Positions 26,134-38,356 of a stretch of 64,000 nt of DNA are shown piece after piece. Within the stretch, counting starts at the first letter, position 1. The number at the start of each line of letters is the position of its first letter. This DNA is from Mizuhopecten yessoensis (lineage: Eukaryota): positions 577,888 to 641,887 of the forward strand of contig NW_018405338.1 of the NCBI RefSeq assembly GCF_002113885.1. The letters are read 5' to 3'. A program made the translations under genes and the position numbers. The notes under the pieces were generated by a model. It was not told the origin of the DNA. It searched no databases and saw nothing but the letters and a program-made list of their open reading frames with translations.

Positions 26134-27849
26134 TTCAGCAAAAACACTGACTTACAAACGAATGTTAAATATGATCAAAGGTGGTTTAATTCTGCATGAC
26201 TTGCTTGATTGATTGACAGCTTTCAAAAGGAAGACAAGAATGCACACTATTATTTTATAGCACTTTTGTAGTTCTGAATGATATTGTATAAAATGAAATC
26301 ATTCTAAGGGAGATTACTCTAGCACAAATTGTATGTATGATGGGTGAGGTAGTGTAAAACCTTAAATAGAATGGAAAGAAAGTCATTTGAAGCATTACAA
26401 GAACCTGCTTGTCCTTTTGTTTGAAAAAATTCTATTTGCTTTTGTACGTGAAAAGAAAATCATAAGTGTCACCTTGTAGGTGGATTCTGAGTGTTGTTTG
26501 CATATGTATAATGATATGCAGTAGAATTCTATTTTTTGATTGTCGATAAAATTGGAATCCCTCAAACACTTGAAATGTTCTAACTGCTATAGACAAACCT
26601 GTGCCTGAAACCTGTTGGAATGAAATCAACTCAGCAGCTTGATCTGAACCGAACGCAACGCATGCAAGTTCTGTAAGAATGTCTGTTTCCATTTGTTTCC
26701 GTACTGAAATTGACAATGACATTTTGACTGAGTTTCCAAGAAGAATATAGTTACTTTATGACAAGCTTTTTCCTGTACATTTCATATTTTGTCGTTATTA
26801 GACATTGGTGTTTGCTGTCACAAGAATCGCCACCTATTGAAATTGTATTCGGATTTTCTTGCATTGACAAAATTTGACCAGTTGATGGAATGCGCTGTTG
26901 AATTATTAACTTTTTTTTCTCACTGTTGTAATGTTCGTTTTTTTTTTTTAAAGTCTCGTTGGTGACTCAAGTGGAGATAACCATATAAGGAGTGAAATCA
27001 CCCGTCACTGAGCTTGTAGCGTTGGTGACAGGTTAACGGTAGGCTGTCCTCGTAAAACCCCCCATTCTTGCATGCCCGCACCAAAACAACAGATGTCAGC
27101 TTTGCATAGTTAAAAGGTTTTCCTAAAAGCACATCTCATCTTTGTAATCGCTACACTGTTTTCTAATATGTTGCTTTTTCCCTGTCTCCTCTCCCTCCTT
27201 TTTAAAAAGTTGATAAATCAATTTCTGAAATTTAATGCTCGGAAGGTTCAGAGGTCATGGATTGCAACTGAAATCGGAATATTCATAACGATTTCCTGTT
27301 TCGTTGATCACTTTGCTGATTACTTGTGAGTTAATAATTGATGAACGTCATTATGTAATTATCGCTGGAGTGTGCAGGCGTCTGTTACGAGGATGGAATG
27401 TCTGTTTCCAAACCTGTTTGATACACACATTGATTGGTCAATCCATACTTTTCTCCCATTTTAAGTTTACTGATTGGTTGAATATAATTCACGGTCTACC
27501 GATACCTAACATACAGTTAGGTAATTGACACCCGTCTCCAAGGTAAATGATGGATATGCGACAATTTTCGAAAAGTATCAGATTTATTTCCCCATATTAC
27601 ATGTCTGAGTGGCGCATAAGTGGTTTATTCACCTGTGTCAAAAGCTTAATTAGCTGCAAGGTATGAACAAGTGTTTCAGGTAGCTATAGGTAAACAGAAA
27701 TTAACGAGTTTTTGACAGGTAGTCATTATTGTTTAATGATTATTTAAGGAGATGTTAAAAAGTGGTGAATGATATTGCAAATTACAATTGTAAATCTCGA
27801 CCAAGCTTTTTACATTTTGCGTTTATAACTTTATCATAATTAACCTTCA

Positions 27850-28092
27850 AGGCCAGAGCATTCGAAAGCATGTGAACCGCCTTTAGCTGGCAGACAGGGG
27901 TTTGAGTTCTGGTGTAGTGGGCTACAGGTATTGCACCTCAGAGCTGGGTGTTAAAGTAACTGTATAGATATCACTTTTATCGTTGCATCCCATGTCGAGG
28001 GTATTGATTGAGTCAAATTTAAGTGTTATATTATACATGACTTCAGACAGGGCATGCTTGTTGGACCAATAACGAACATAAACAACCAAACA
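27850..28092 (+). mobile_element. Degenerate SINE-like element
   Basis: B-box-like GGGTTTGAGTTCTGG at ~27898; tail ACATAAACAACCAAAC. Confidence 0.35.
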
Positions 28093-28584
28093 CGATATTG
28101 AGTTGAAATTGGTCGTTTATTTTGTATAAACGACCCTTGAAAATATTTTCAATAAATATGTACATAAAATAGTTTGGTCCTAGGTGGGGATAAAACCGCC
28201 ACCTGGATAATAAGTAACAGGTAAGTACAACAATACCAGATGGAGGATGATGGGGAGGAGGCGTGTCAACTTATATTGAACTTAAAATAAACAAGACTGA
28301 CAGTGACCACTGTCCATCTGTGTTTGTGTGTAGTTGATGCCTCCAGTGGCTGGAGTATATAGCCAAATTAATGCGTGTGACCTTTTCATCTCTTTAACCC
28401 CAACACCTTCCACTGTTAACAGACATTACATTGGGACTATTTTAATTTAGTAAACCTAACCTAACATGACAAAAATTAATATCAGCATGTATAAAATTTA
28501 TTAAAATTGCATTTTTTTTTTTATATGTTTGTACGTGAAATATAACAAAAAGAGCTATGAGATTGACAGCAAGTCCCTGGCCCA

Positions 28585-28695
28585 TTCCCACTTTATTTAT
28601 ATCCAAAACAAAATTAAGGGGAGGTTACTGTTTGTATGAAAAACTACATTGGAACTCTCTAATGATTTTGCCTGCAAAGGGACAGGGACCCTTAA
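28585..28695 (-). mobile_element. 5' fragment of the 13608 repeat family
   Basis: TATCCAAAACAAAATTAAGGGGAGGTTACTG 28600-28630; ends GACAGGGACCC|TTAA. Confidence 0.65.
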
Positions 28696-29632
28696 GTGAA
28701 TTTTAATTTTCACAAATACTTTGAAAAAAATAGGTACAAAGGCCATAAAAGGGATTCACAAAAGCAATCTGTTTTAGTTAATTGATTGAAGAATTTGAAA
28801 TGTCTAAACAAAAAAGCGCAAGAATCATTTAACGTTTTAATGGGTGATCATGTGATGTTTAAAATGGACATCGCGTGGTGCTGATTGAAATTAAGATTTT
28901 TTAATTTTCTGAGAGCGATACAACGTACCTCTCAGTATCTTATAATCTAACCATTAGTTGTCCATCGTCATTAGTTCTCTGGGACACAGAACAACCAATC
29001 AAAACCCTCTTTACAAGGTCTGAAGTCATGTCATTACCATATCTGTATTCCTTTTTTGTAATGAATCGAAAGTTGACCCAATCTGAAATTGCAACATTTT
29101 TTGTTGTTTTGAAAAAATAAAAATTTAAGCGAGCGTTAATGGGAATTGAAATTAACGACTGCTCCAAGACAACAAGAGCAAAATGAGAAGAGCATGTTGG
29201 GATATGTCGTGTCCTCAACATGTGTGACATGGCTGGCGTCCCCGAGATTGTCTCCACGAGGTTCTTGTCTGGCTTCATTAAGTGAATTAGCTATGAGTCA
29301 TTATATCTTAATCTTGCTCTCGTCAGACATCGTCCACTGTTTAGCCCGTCGCTGATTGTTTTGTCAACGAGCTGAAATTTGGTGGAAAATGCTGTATTAA
29401 TCCTGATTTTTGTCAATTTTCATTACAGTTTACGAACGCTTTGATTCTAATTTGGCGCAAAACCTGCGTGAATTGGTTTTGTACCAGACAGAATCTGTCA
29501 CCAGTGTGGGCTGCTCATTCATTTCCCGTCATAAAAAAAAAATGGAATGAAAGATTCACGCATGTTTATGGTATCTGGTGATTATGCGGTAGGGATATTC
29601 TAGCCAAGGTTCAAAGATTCATGTTGATGATT

Positions 29633-29738
29633 ATAACGCTTAAATTGTGTAGTGGATGGAAGGAATATATCGTAATATTCAATCCATCCACTACACAATT
29701 TAAGCGTTATGGATTGAATATTACGATATATTCCTTCC
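29633..29738. repeat. Perfect interleaved inverted repeats A-B-A'-B'
   Basis: 29633-29660 is the reverse complement of 29683-29710 (28/28); 29658-29687 is the reverse complement of 29709-29738 (30/30). Confidence 0.95.
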
Positions 29739-30794
29739 CTTTCAATACCTACTCAAACGTTACTTTTTCTTTCAACTTTGATGCAGATTTGTTGATAAGG
29801 TTGAATAGGAAAAGAAAATGATGTGTCTGAATCTTGAGATTTCGTTGAAATATACCGTTTGTTATGGTAACAGAATATACCTTGTGGAAATGACATCCTG
29901 TAATCCATATAGTTAGATTTAATTATAAAGAGACTCAAAATTTGTCATTGGCGGTCTTCAGCAGATACTGATGTTAAGGTCATAGGAGTGTATTGATAAA
30001 CAGAAATAGGAAGTACATCCCTAGTTGAAAATCCAATGTAGGGAGACAGTATCACAATTTCGCCATATTCTAATGTTTAATATTAAACTGATGAATATTG
30101 TATGTTTATTATTGACAGAACAGTGTGTTAATTCTCTCAATATTAAAGTATTTCAAAGCAATCCAGGCATTAATTCAGTTTTTTTTTTATCAATGGGTCA
30201 TAATTGTGTCCATTTTTCTGTACTTCAGGAACCGGCTACCTATTTCACTACTATGAAGTTTTTCAAGAAAAGATAACTCTTACATGGAATTACTATGCGT
30301 ATATGGTTTTATTTAACTTAGATTAAACTTAGATTATTCTGAACGCAGGCATATACATTTGCCTCTATATCCAGATCACAGTCCTTCAAATAATAATTAT
30401 GTACATGTAATATAGTGTATGTGACATCACTCGGGTGTTATTGTAAACATCCTGTCGCCAGTGTCCCAAAACTTATCAAGGCGATTTTTAAATGTTATAA
30501 TATTCGGTGCTTGGACCACGTTCCACTCAGGTACGGAGTTCCAGCTGCTGACTACACGCTGAGTAAACGAGTATTTACGAACATCTAATCTACTTCTTGA
30601 CTGTCCATGCAGAATGAATGCCCGTCAAGTTTTTTTGTCTTGTTTAATTTATAGAAGCCCTGTTGATCCTGATGTATCATATATGCCTGACAATATTTTA
30701 AATACTTCGATCATGTCTCCCCTGTTCCCTCTATGGACTAATGATGGAAGTTTAAGTCTATGCATTCTTTCCTTGTATGAAATATCCTTCATCC

Positions 30795-30914
30795 CTTACT
30801 CCAGTTTCCTCCCACATTAGACCCCCCTGCGTGCGATCATCCAGGAAACTGACATTAAGACCCTCTGATATAACGATATAGAACTTGTTTCATAATTGTT
30901 GTAAATTGAAAGTT
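30795..30914 (+). mobile_element. V-domain SINE (second family), 3' fragment
   Basis: TACTCCAGTTTCCTCCCACA core; tail ATAGAACTTGTTTCATAAT shared with 62335-62472. Confidence 0.7.
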
Positions 30915-32409
30915 ATATATATATATTTTAAGCGTGGGACAAAAATGAAAATGATACATTAAATTTGAAAGAGAAACTTTTCATTAGTAAATCGGATTAC
31001 AGACAAATATATATTCATCACCTATTGTGAATACCAAATAGATGAAATTTTGAACTCTTTACAGCTTCTTTGCAAAATGCATTTATACACCTCTATCTAA
31101 ACACATGCATCAATAATACATGATGGGCTGACAAAATTGAAGTAATTATATTTAAATTCTTTAATAAAATCAATCTGGTTGAGCTTATAGATCCAGTCCA
31201 GTAATATATGCAAGCAGTGTTAATGCAAACAGGATTGTATTTATTCAAGGACCCTAGTAGAGTTCTGAACGACTAATGAACCATGCTTCATTATCAATTA
31301 AACATATGTGCTAAGTAATTGAACCCTCCCCCTCCTCCTTTTGGATGAGTGCAGACAAGATATACATTATATACTATATTTATAGTCTACAAGCATAGTC
31401 AGCTTGCATGAGAACACATATTGTGAGTTTGGCTCATCATCTATGTTGAAAACATTTACTGTTTCTTTTAAGTTTAGAAGCTTGAACAAAAAATCAGTGT
31501 TGGACATCATTTTAAAAAGAAATTATCATTATATGGTATATCTATGTTGCCAATTCTTTTTTCAAAAAAAAATACAATTTCTTTTTTTTATGTTTCATGC
31601 TAACCAGCCATTGTCCAAGTATTATTTATGTTGGAGAAGGGGAGGTCAATTTTGAGTAGATTACATGCTGTGACCCCCTGGAGTGACCATTACTTCCCAG
31701 AAGGTGTGTAGTAAATGACCAGTAATCATATCCAGTTGTCTTGTGGTCTTTGTTATCCAATCCATTGCCAAAATTGCTGGTGTCCATCCCATAATTTTTC
31801 AGTGAAAGGTACATTACCATGGCAACCAGGGACCTATATCCCTGTCAACAACCAATCGTGGTCGTCAGATTTGCCTTGAGTGTATTTTACTTGGCAAAAT
31901 TTCATCTAATAACAATAATTTGGAGATATTACTATAATTGATAGATGTACGCTATTGTTGCTGTGTTTCCGTGGCCATTATTTGGTTACTAGGGAGTAAA
32001 AACTGTCATGGATGTGCCTAACAGCCTAACATGAAGATGTATGTGTCTATTTACTAATGTTAAGTGTGTCTGTGAACTTTTACAAAATTCCCAACGTTTA
32101 TGAAATTGTTTCACCAAGAGATAACAGTGGCATATTTATTCTCCAGTGGACCGGAGATACTCTGTGCAATATCCATAAGTTAGACTTGTCTAGTCCCTGC
32201 TCCGATACACCTCCAACTTGTTCTGCATATCGATATTACAACTCGGTATTCACGGTCAGGAGCTGTTCTGTAGCGTTAAAAACATTTAAGGTAAAACGTC
32301 GGAGATTTATTTGAACACTTTTTCATTTGTTCGCCTTGGCTTTATCGCCACCTTTGGACATCTACAGGCAAGTCTCCCGGGATATATTTCCGACGGTTTC
32401 CTAGACATC

Positions 32410-32502
32410 ATGGATTTATACATGTCGGGGTTGTATTGGGATTTATATGTTCAGCTGATCTTTTTTTGTGTAATTCTCATTTTCGTGACGTTTACACATT
32501 AA
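32410..32502 (+). CDS. Candidate hydrophobic uORF, MDLYMSGLYWDLYVQLIFFCVILIFVTFTH
   Basis: Strong Kozak context ATCATGG; same frame as the ATG at 32533. Confidence 0.3.
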   Translation: MDLYMSGLYWDLYVQLIFFCVILIFVTFTH

Positions 32503-32532
32503 TGGTCTAACGGCAGTAATGCACCGATCGCC

Positions 32533-32553
32533 ATGGCCGCGGAAAGTATTCAG
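32533..32553 (+). CDS. Candidate alternative first coding exon, MAAESIQ, phase-0 donor
   Basis: Optimal Kozak GCCATGG, donor CAG|GTAAGA at 32554, in a locally CpG-rich unique segment (~32150-32600). Confidence 0.6.
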
Positions 32554-32842
32554 GTAAGATATATAGTTTTACCCGATTCCTACACAACTCGAACCTCGAG
32601 AACACTGTCCCCAATGTGCGAGATGTATTGTTTTCCTGATAGACCATATGTTATCATTTTAGTAGAATATTATTTTAATGATTCAGAGTTTTCCTGCTGA
32701 TTTTTTTTAAGAACTGGAATGTTTCTTGTATTCAAGACATCATTAACCTACTAAACTGATACATACACAATGTTGATTTCATTTGTTAATTAGAACTTGG
32801 AGTTAAAGTCCCAACACTTATTGATTTCTTAAATAAATCGGT

Positions 32843-33292
32843 TATTAGGGCCTAGCACCATAGATGTGGGTGCGCCATAGTATAGTCACAGTGTCCGTCC
32901 TTCCGTCTTTCTGTTCTTACATTTGATGATAAGGAGTTTATAATTCTAGGTTTTTGAACAAAGACTGAACTCCTTATATACAATGCTATTCGGGCTAACA
33001 GAATGAATCTATTCAATTGTATGGTGTTAGGCCACTCTCCTAGCTCCTCAAATATCAAATGTTAGTGTGTGCAAATTCCCTTTTGGGAGCTTATCTTGGA
33101 ATCAAAAAAGTTAATCTTTTTGAAATTCGATAATGGTCATAGGCTGTGATATGTAGATGTGCAAAAGGGGTTTGATCAGTTTCTTTGAGGTCAATTAAAG
33201 GTCGCTATAACTATTAAATAGACCATTAAGGGGGGTGGGGTATGGTCAGGCACATGATGGGACCGTTTCTGACCTGTCAGTGTTCTTACCTT
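32843..33292 (+). mobile_element. HINE element related to the 8468 copy
   Basis: 5' TTATTAGGGCC, GTCC microsatellite remnant, 3' CTGACCTGTCAGTGTTCT identical to the end of the 8468 copy. Confidence 0.75.
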
Positions 33293-34431
33293 TTTTATGG
33301 GAAATGGCTGCCTGTCTCTTTGGAAATGTTCAATGTGAAAGGCGAAAATAACGCTGCAACAATGGATATTACTAGTGAAGGGCCCCAGTGAAACTGTATT
33401 GGTATACAGTGGTTGCTTATCCGCTGTCTGGAATAAGGTCTGAAGGATTGTAATAAAATATGTTCCGAAAAGTTCACTTGATGCTTTGTAAAGCTGACAA
33501 TACTGTAACAATTTGTGCATGGGTGTATTGATTTATAAAATGAAGTGTTTCCATGGGATAGTTATTTAAACAAATGGTCATGTTTCTGCATTGTAATGTC
33601 TGCTAGATTTAATTTTCATATCACAAGTAATGGTGGTATTTAATTTGCATTTCGAGGAACATAAATAAAAAATCCTACATAAATATTTAAAAAAAATTAC
33701 AAGATAGAGAAAGAGAGATTTAAAAATGCAAGTTGTAATATAAGAGGTCAGAAACAGAATAACTTGAGATCATATGGGTCTAGATAATAACAATGTTCTG
33801 TGTGAAACCATGAGCAGTGAAGTCCACTAGAATGCATTACACTATAAGTAATTATCAAAGTATACAAAATTGTGGACCCTATGGTCATTCTCTATAGACA
33901 ATATTGACCAGATCTGCTGATGACCACCCCATATCCAATATTGCATTGGTCCTCATCTGGTCAGTCCATACCAGCTGCTAATGATGACCATATGTTGACC
34001 CTTCTTTGGCCACATGTGTCCAGCCTCGCTTAATATTGATTGACCAGTATTTGGTGGTCATTTGTCCGTAATGTTTAGTAAATAGGGCACTATGTCCACA
34101 CTGACCATAACATATAGCAAGGACAATGTCACTTGATAATCTGATTTTTACCTGTATACAAATACAGTTATAATTGTGTTAGGTAAATATTTCTTCTCTA
34201 CCTGTAGTACAAAAATGTCAGGTGTGCTCGAGAAAGATCAATACATACACTATTATAATTTGAACTAAAAAGGCCTTTTTTCTCGTTAATTTGTGTCTTA
34301 TATTTGATTTTGAAATTTATCTGAAAAGAACAGACATTCTGATTCATTTGAAATCTCTGCTGCTAGTGTTACTGTTTAACAATGGACAACAGGTATAAGA
34401 TATACTTGTGTCGTAGTTTTGATTGGAGCCT

Positions 34432-34662
34432 ACTGGGATTGGGGTGGCCGAGTGGTTAAGGTGTCTCACCATCCATGATCTTTAGCCGTCTATCACAGGG
34501 TGTCAGGTTCAAGGCCTAGCTTCATGGAGCAGATACCAGGTACTGGATGCAGGTTGGCGGTTTCTGTCCAGGTAATCCGGTGTCCCTCCACCACCAAAAC
34601 TGTCTCGTCCTCAAATGACCACATCTGTTAATAGGACGTAAAACACACAAATAATTAAATTA
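34432..34662 (+). mobile_element. Full-length tRNA-derived SINE with V-like core and TSD
   Basis: A box TGGCCGAGTGG 34445, B-box-like GGTTCAAGGCC 34506, core and tail as at 6910, TSD ATTGGAGCCT at 34422-34431 and 34663-34672. Confidence 0.85.
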
Positions 34663-36853
34663 ATTGGAGCCTTACAGTAGGAGTTAATCGACATATATTA
34701 TCATGTGTTTTACATGGAGGAAAACTGAGAACTCGAATATGAAAAATGAGTTGTTTCTGTATACTGAAGATATTGCTTTTATATTCAGGTTGATCGAAAA
34801 GTGTTTTTATGTGTTTCTGGATCATTTTAGCCTATTTAAATACAACTTAGATGATACAGGCCAATTACATCTTTTCGGTTTAAATTCATGCAAACTCAAA
34901 CGAAAATTGCCTACTTAGACTTAAAAAAAATGTTTGCTCCATTAGTCTGAATTTCTGACAAAAAATAGCAGATGCAGGTCAATAATGTCTCTTAAGCTTG
35001 TTGTCCGTTACAGTTTCATAGATACATGCATAGATCCAACATCTATCAACTGTGTACAAAACATTTTTTTCGTCTGAGGCTATAGTCTGAAGTAATTTAA
35101 TGCCAAATTACATAGCATAGCCTTGTATATGCCTCGGGAATACATTAGCAGCCGGTCACATTATACTCTATGGGAGCAGTTCTCAGTCTTTGAAACGATC
35201 AGATGTTTTTTTTCCCGACTGTTACAGACACTGTTTTGTTGGAATTGTCTGGAATTTTTTCTGTTTTTTTTTTTTATTCGTGAAGAGACATTTGCAGGAT
35301 AATGGTTGTGTCTGTTCCGTGGTGTCAATCCAAGGACAGTTAGGGGTTTCGGATCCGTGTCTCGGAGCAGATGGACAAGTGTGTGCAGGACACGACCTGC
35401 ATACTTTAAACAAATTACCTTTTTTTTTTAATGGATTTTCAATACATCTTTGTATTTGAGCCTTTGCAATCTCGGATCTGATGCTGCTTCAGTTCTAACG
35501 GTGGCTGAAGACAAGAAACAAAATTGTTGACTGTATAAACTGGAACTTTTTATGGTACATATGGTTATGGAAGATTTGGGTACTTTGAAACAGATGTATT
35601 ATCAAAGTTGTTGATATGACTTCAGTTCTAGCTTGAATTGATTCTGAAATTAAAGTGATTTTTTTTTTAATATTAGTTATAAGCAGTTGCATCTTGTAAG
35701 TGCATGTTATGTGTTATACCTGTGAAACTGGCATTGTTGCAGTGTACATTACATTCTATCAAAAACGAAAAAAATAAATAACCAAGAGTCAATGTTTTAA
35801 CTTTGTCACTTGTTGCCAAGAACAGATTGTGCTGGTTTGTTTTATAACCAGCTAAGCCAACATAATTAAACATTAAAGCCATCCAAACTCAATTCTTAAA
35901 ATGAGTTTTGGGCCAAAATCAGTTCAAGGCAAAACTATTTGACCTAGGGATTGAATTTGTGTATCCTGTTAATTAACTCCGATATTGGATAAACTGCTTA
36001 TAGATGTTCCCTGTACTTGTTGCATTAGACTTCTGTCTCAGACAGAGGTTACGCTCACAATAATATTTACTCTGAGGCCTCGGGAAGACACCCACATCTG
36101 GACCCACACATTGAAAGCTTGGTCAGTGTAACACTGATTTAACACAAAAGTTTCACCTGGGATGAGTTTCAAAAAGATTAAAAACTTGGAACTAAATTTA
36201 CTTGCATAGAGGTTCAATACTATCCCTAAATACAAAATACAAAATGGTATGTTTCTTTTCATATGTTTTCAAAAAAAATGTTTTGAAAATTTTCCTTAAC
36301 AATTCGTCATGCTGACCAGACTTTGTAAAAGCAGACCTTGTGCTCAGAGAAAAGTGCCATCAGGGGAAAGTATTGTCAGCTTAGTGTTCAATATAAATGG
36401 GCTTTTGCTGAAGATTTTTGAGAAAATCACTGACCCTTTTATAAAATTATGATATGGTCATGAAACAGAGGTAGGAGGTAGTAGGTTTGGGTTCTGGAAT
36501 GGCGGGCTGTGTTGGTGTCCTCTAGGGAGACACTTTATGCTTGTTGAGTTCAATTTATTTGAAAATACATTAATCCAAAAGGTTCTGATGAATTTTATTT
36601 TGAAAGCCTCACTTGTTCAAAGCCTGATTAAACAATCAAAAATACAAGTTTTCAAAATGTTATCATCTAAAATTTATATGAAATATTACGTAATATTTTT
36701 GTCTTTTTTTGCCTTCAGATGTTTATATTTATACATTTAGCTCTAGTTTGATTTTTTTTTTTTTTAAATGTACACAAGTTGTTGAATCTCTGTCAAGCTG
36801 ATCATACTTTTAAGAACCGGTGCCTAAATATTGGACTGATGTAGATTTCACAA

Positions 36854-36943
36854 TTAACTCATTCACCCCTGAAGACACATTTGAACCCTCCAATTTAAAG
36901 GTTGGAAAAGTTCATTATAAAATTTCAGGGGTGAATGAGTTAA
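36854..36943 (+). mobile_element. Micro-MITE family A, complete
   Basis: Perfect 16-bp TIR CTCATTCACCCCTGAA / TTCAGGGGTGAATGAG with TTAA on both sides. Confidence 0.92.
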
Positions 36944-37972
36944 AGGCTTACTGGACTACAGTCTCTCTCTACCTCGTCTTGGAAAAGTTGGACTTTGATG
37001 TTAGCTCTTCGACCTTGACCTTGAAACTTTTGGCATAATTATGCTGAATGACTTTTACATGTATGCATCCTCAAAGCAATTACTGGTCTCCATTGAAGAT
37101 TCTCTCCATTTTGCAGGGAAGAGGAAGTAAAGAAACATCAAAGTGATCTGGATGTTTGACACCAAAAACTCTCCGAGTGCTTTTGAACTTGATTGCACTG
37201 GAACCCTTTAACCAGTCAATTAATGCAGACACACGATGGACTCAGATGAGTCAAATCTAGGTGATGAAGATGTTTTCACAAGTAATTCTGTCTTAGAAGG
37301 GTTTTTTGGCACAGCAACATCAGAATCAAATTGAAGTAGCTAGGTGAAACTTATGTGTCAAAAGGCAAAGTCAAATGTGAATGACCAAGGTTCTCAAATC
37401 ACAAATCAAAGTGAACAAACCATTGGAAAGAAGATATTATGGGCATCATATACATACAGCTATTGAAAAAAGAAAGCTGTTACATTGTCATGATGCACAC
37501 TGTTTACTCTTAAAACATTATGATCCAGATAATTTGTTTTGATGTTGATAAAATATGGGGTTGATGTGATAAAAAATTGTCAATTAAGTTTGTTACCATG
37601 GAAACCAATTGTATTTTTTTTTTTTGTCAAGTGATGTTTTTGATGTGGTTCAAACGTTGGTCGGATAAAGATCATTATCATTTTGGTGCATGCTAGATAT
37701 CTTAGCAACAGCAAATATTATAGATACCATAATATGATAAAGATTTCTAAGGTCAGAAAACTCGGGACAATGATAAAATTTGTGTGAGATAACAAATACA
37801 AGCCTGATGAAGAATGAAAAAAAATTCAGAACAAGCTATGCAAAAAATACTTGCATTTTAATATGACAGGATAAATTTGGTTGAAATACTGTAGAATTTT
37901 AATATTTCACACGATATATGATTTTACGTAACTTTGCATGAAGCATCAATTGCAAATTCAAGTACTTAAATC

Positions 37973-38356
37973 CATAGCTGTCAACCCTCCCTTATTAAGA
38001 GGGCGACTCCCTCATTACGACCAAAACATATCAATCTCCCTTCAAACTCCCTCATTGAAGTCCAAACTCACTAACTCAAAAAGTACATTCGGTGGTCAAA
38101 TGTACATCCGGTGGTCAAATGTACATCCGGTCGTCAAATGATCTCCTAGTTACTGCAGGGTGTGTGTAATGATCATAACAGGTGTGTCTGAATCAAATGA
38201 ATGCTTTTTGAATTAATTTTGATACATAAAAAAGGGAAAGATAAGATGAGCATGCAAAGCAGTTTTATTCATGTTTAACACACTTTCTCCCTCGTTAGAA
38301 ATGAGGAATGAGGGAGATCTCCCTCATTGGAGGTTAATCAGAGGTTGACACCTATG
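37973..38356. mobile_element. TIR element (hAT-like MITE)
   Basis: CATAGCTGTCAACC ... GGTTGACACCTATG; internal CTCCCTCATT motifs and a 19-bp x3 repeat at ~38083-38140; no clear TSD. Confidence 0.6.

Noticed and set aside
28211-28226. Perfect donor CAG|GTAAGT as a recursive site or coding exon end
   Set aside because: No pyrimidine tract upstream and a TAA immediately precedes it in phase 0; a non-coding exon cannot be excluded.
32533-32553. Assigning a gene symbol (e.g. ankyrin) to the host gene
   Set aside because: No conserved coding domain lies in the window; the short peptides are not recognisable without a database search.
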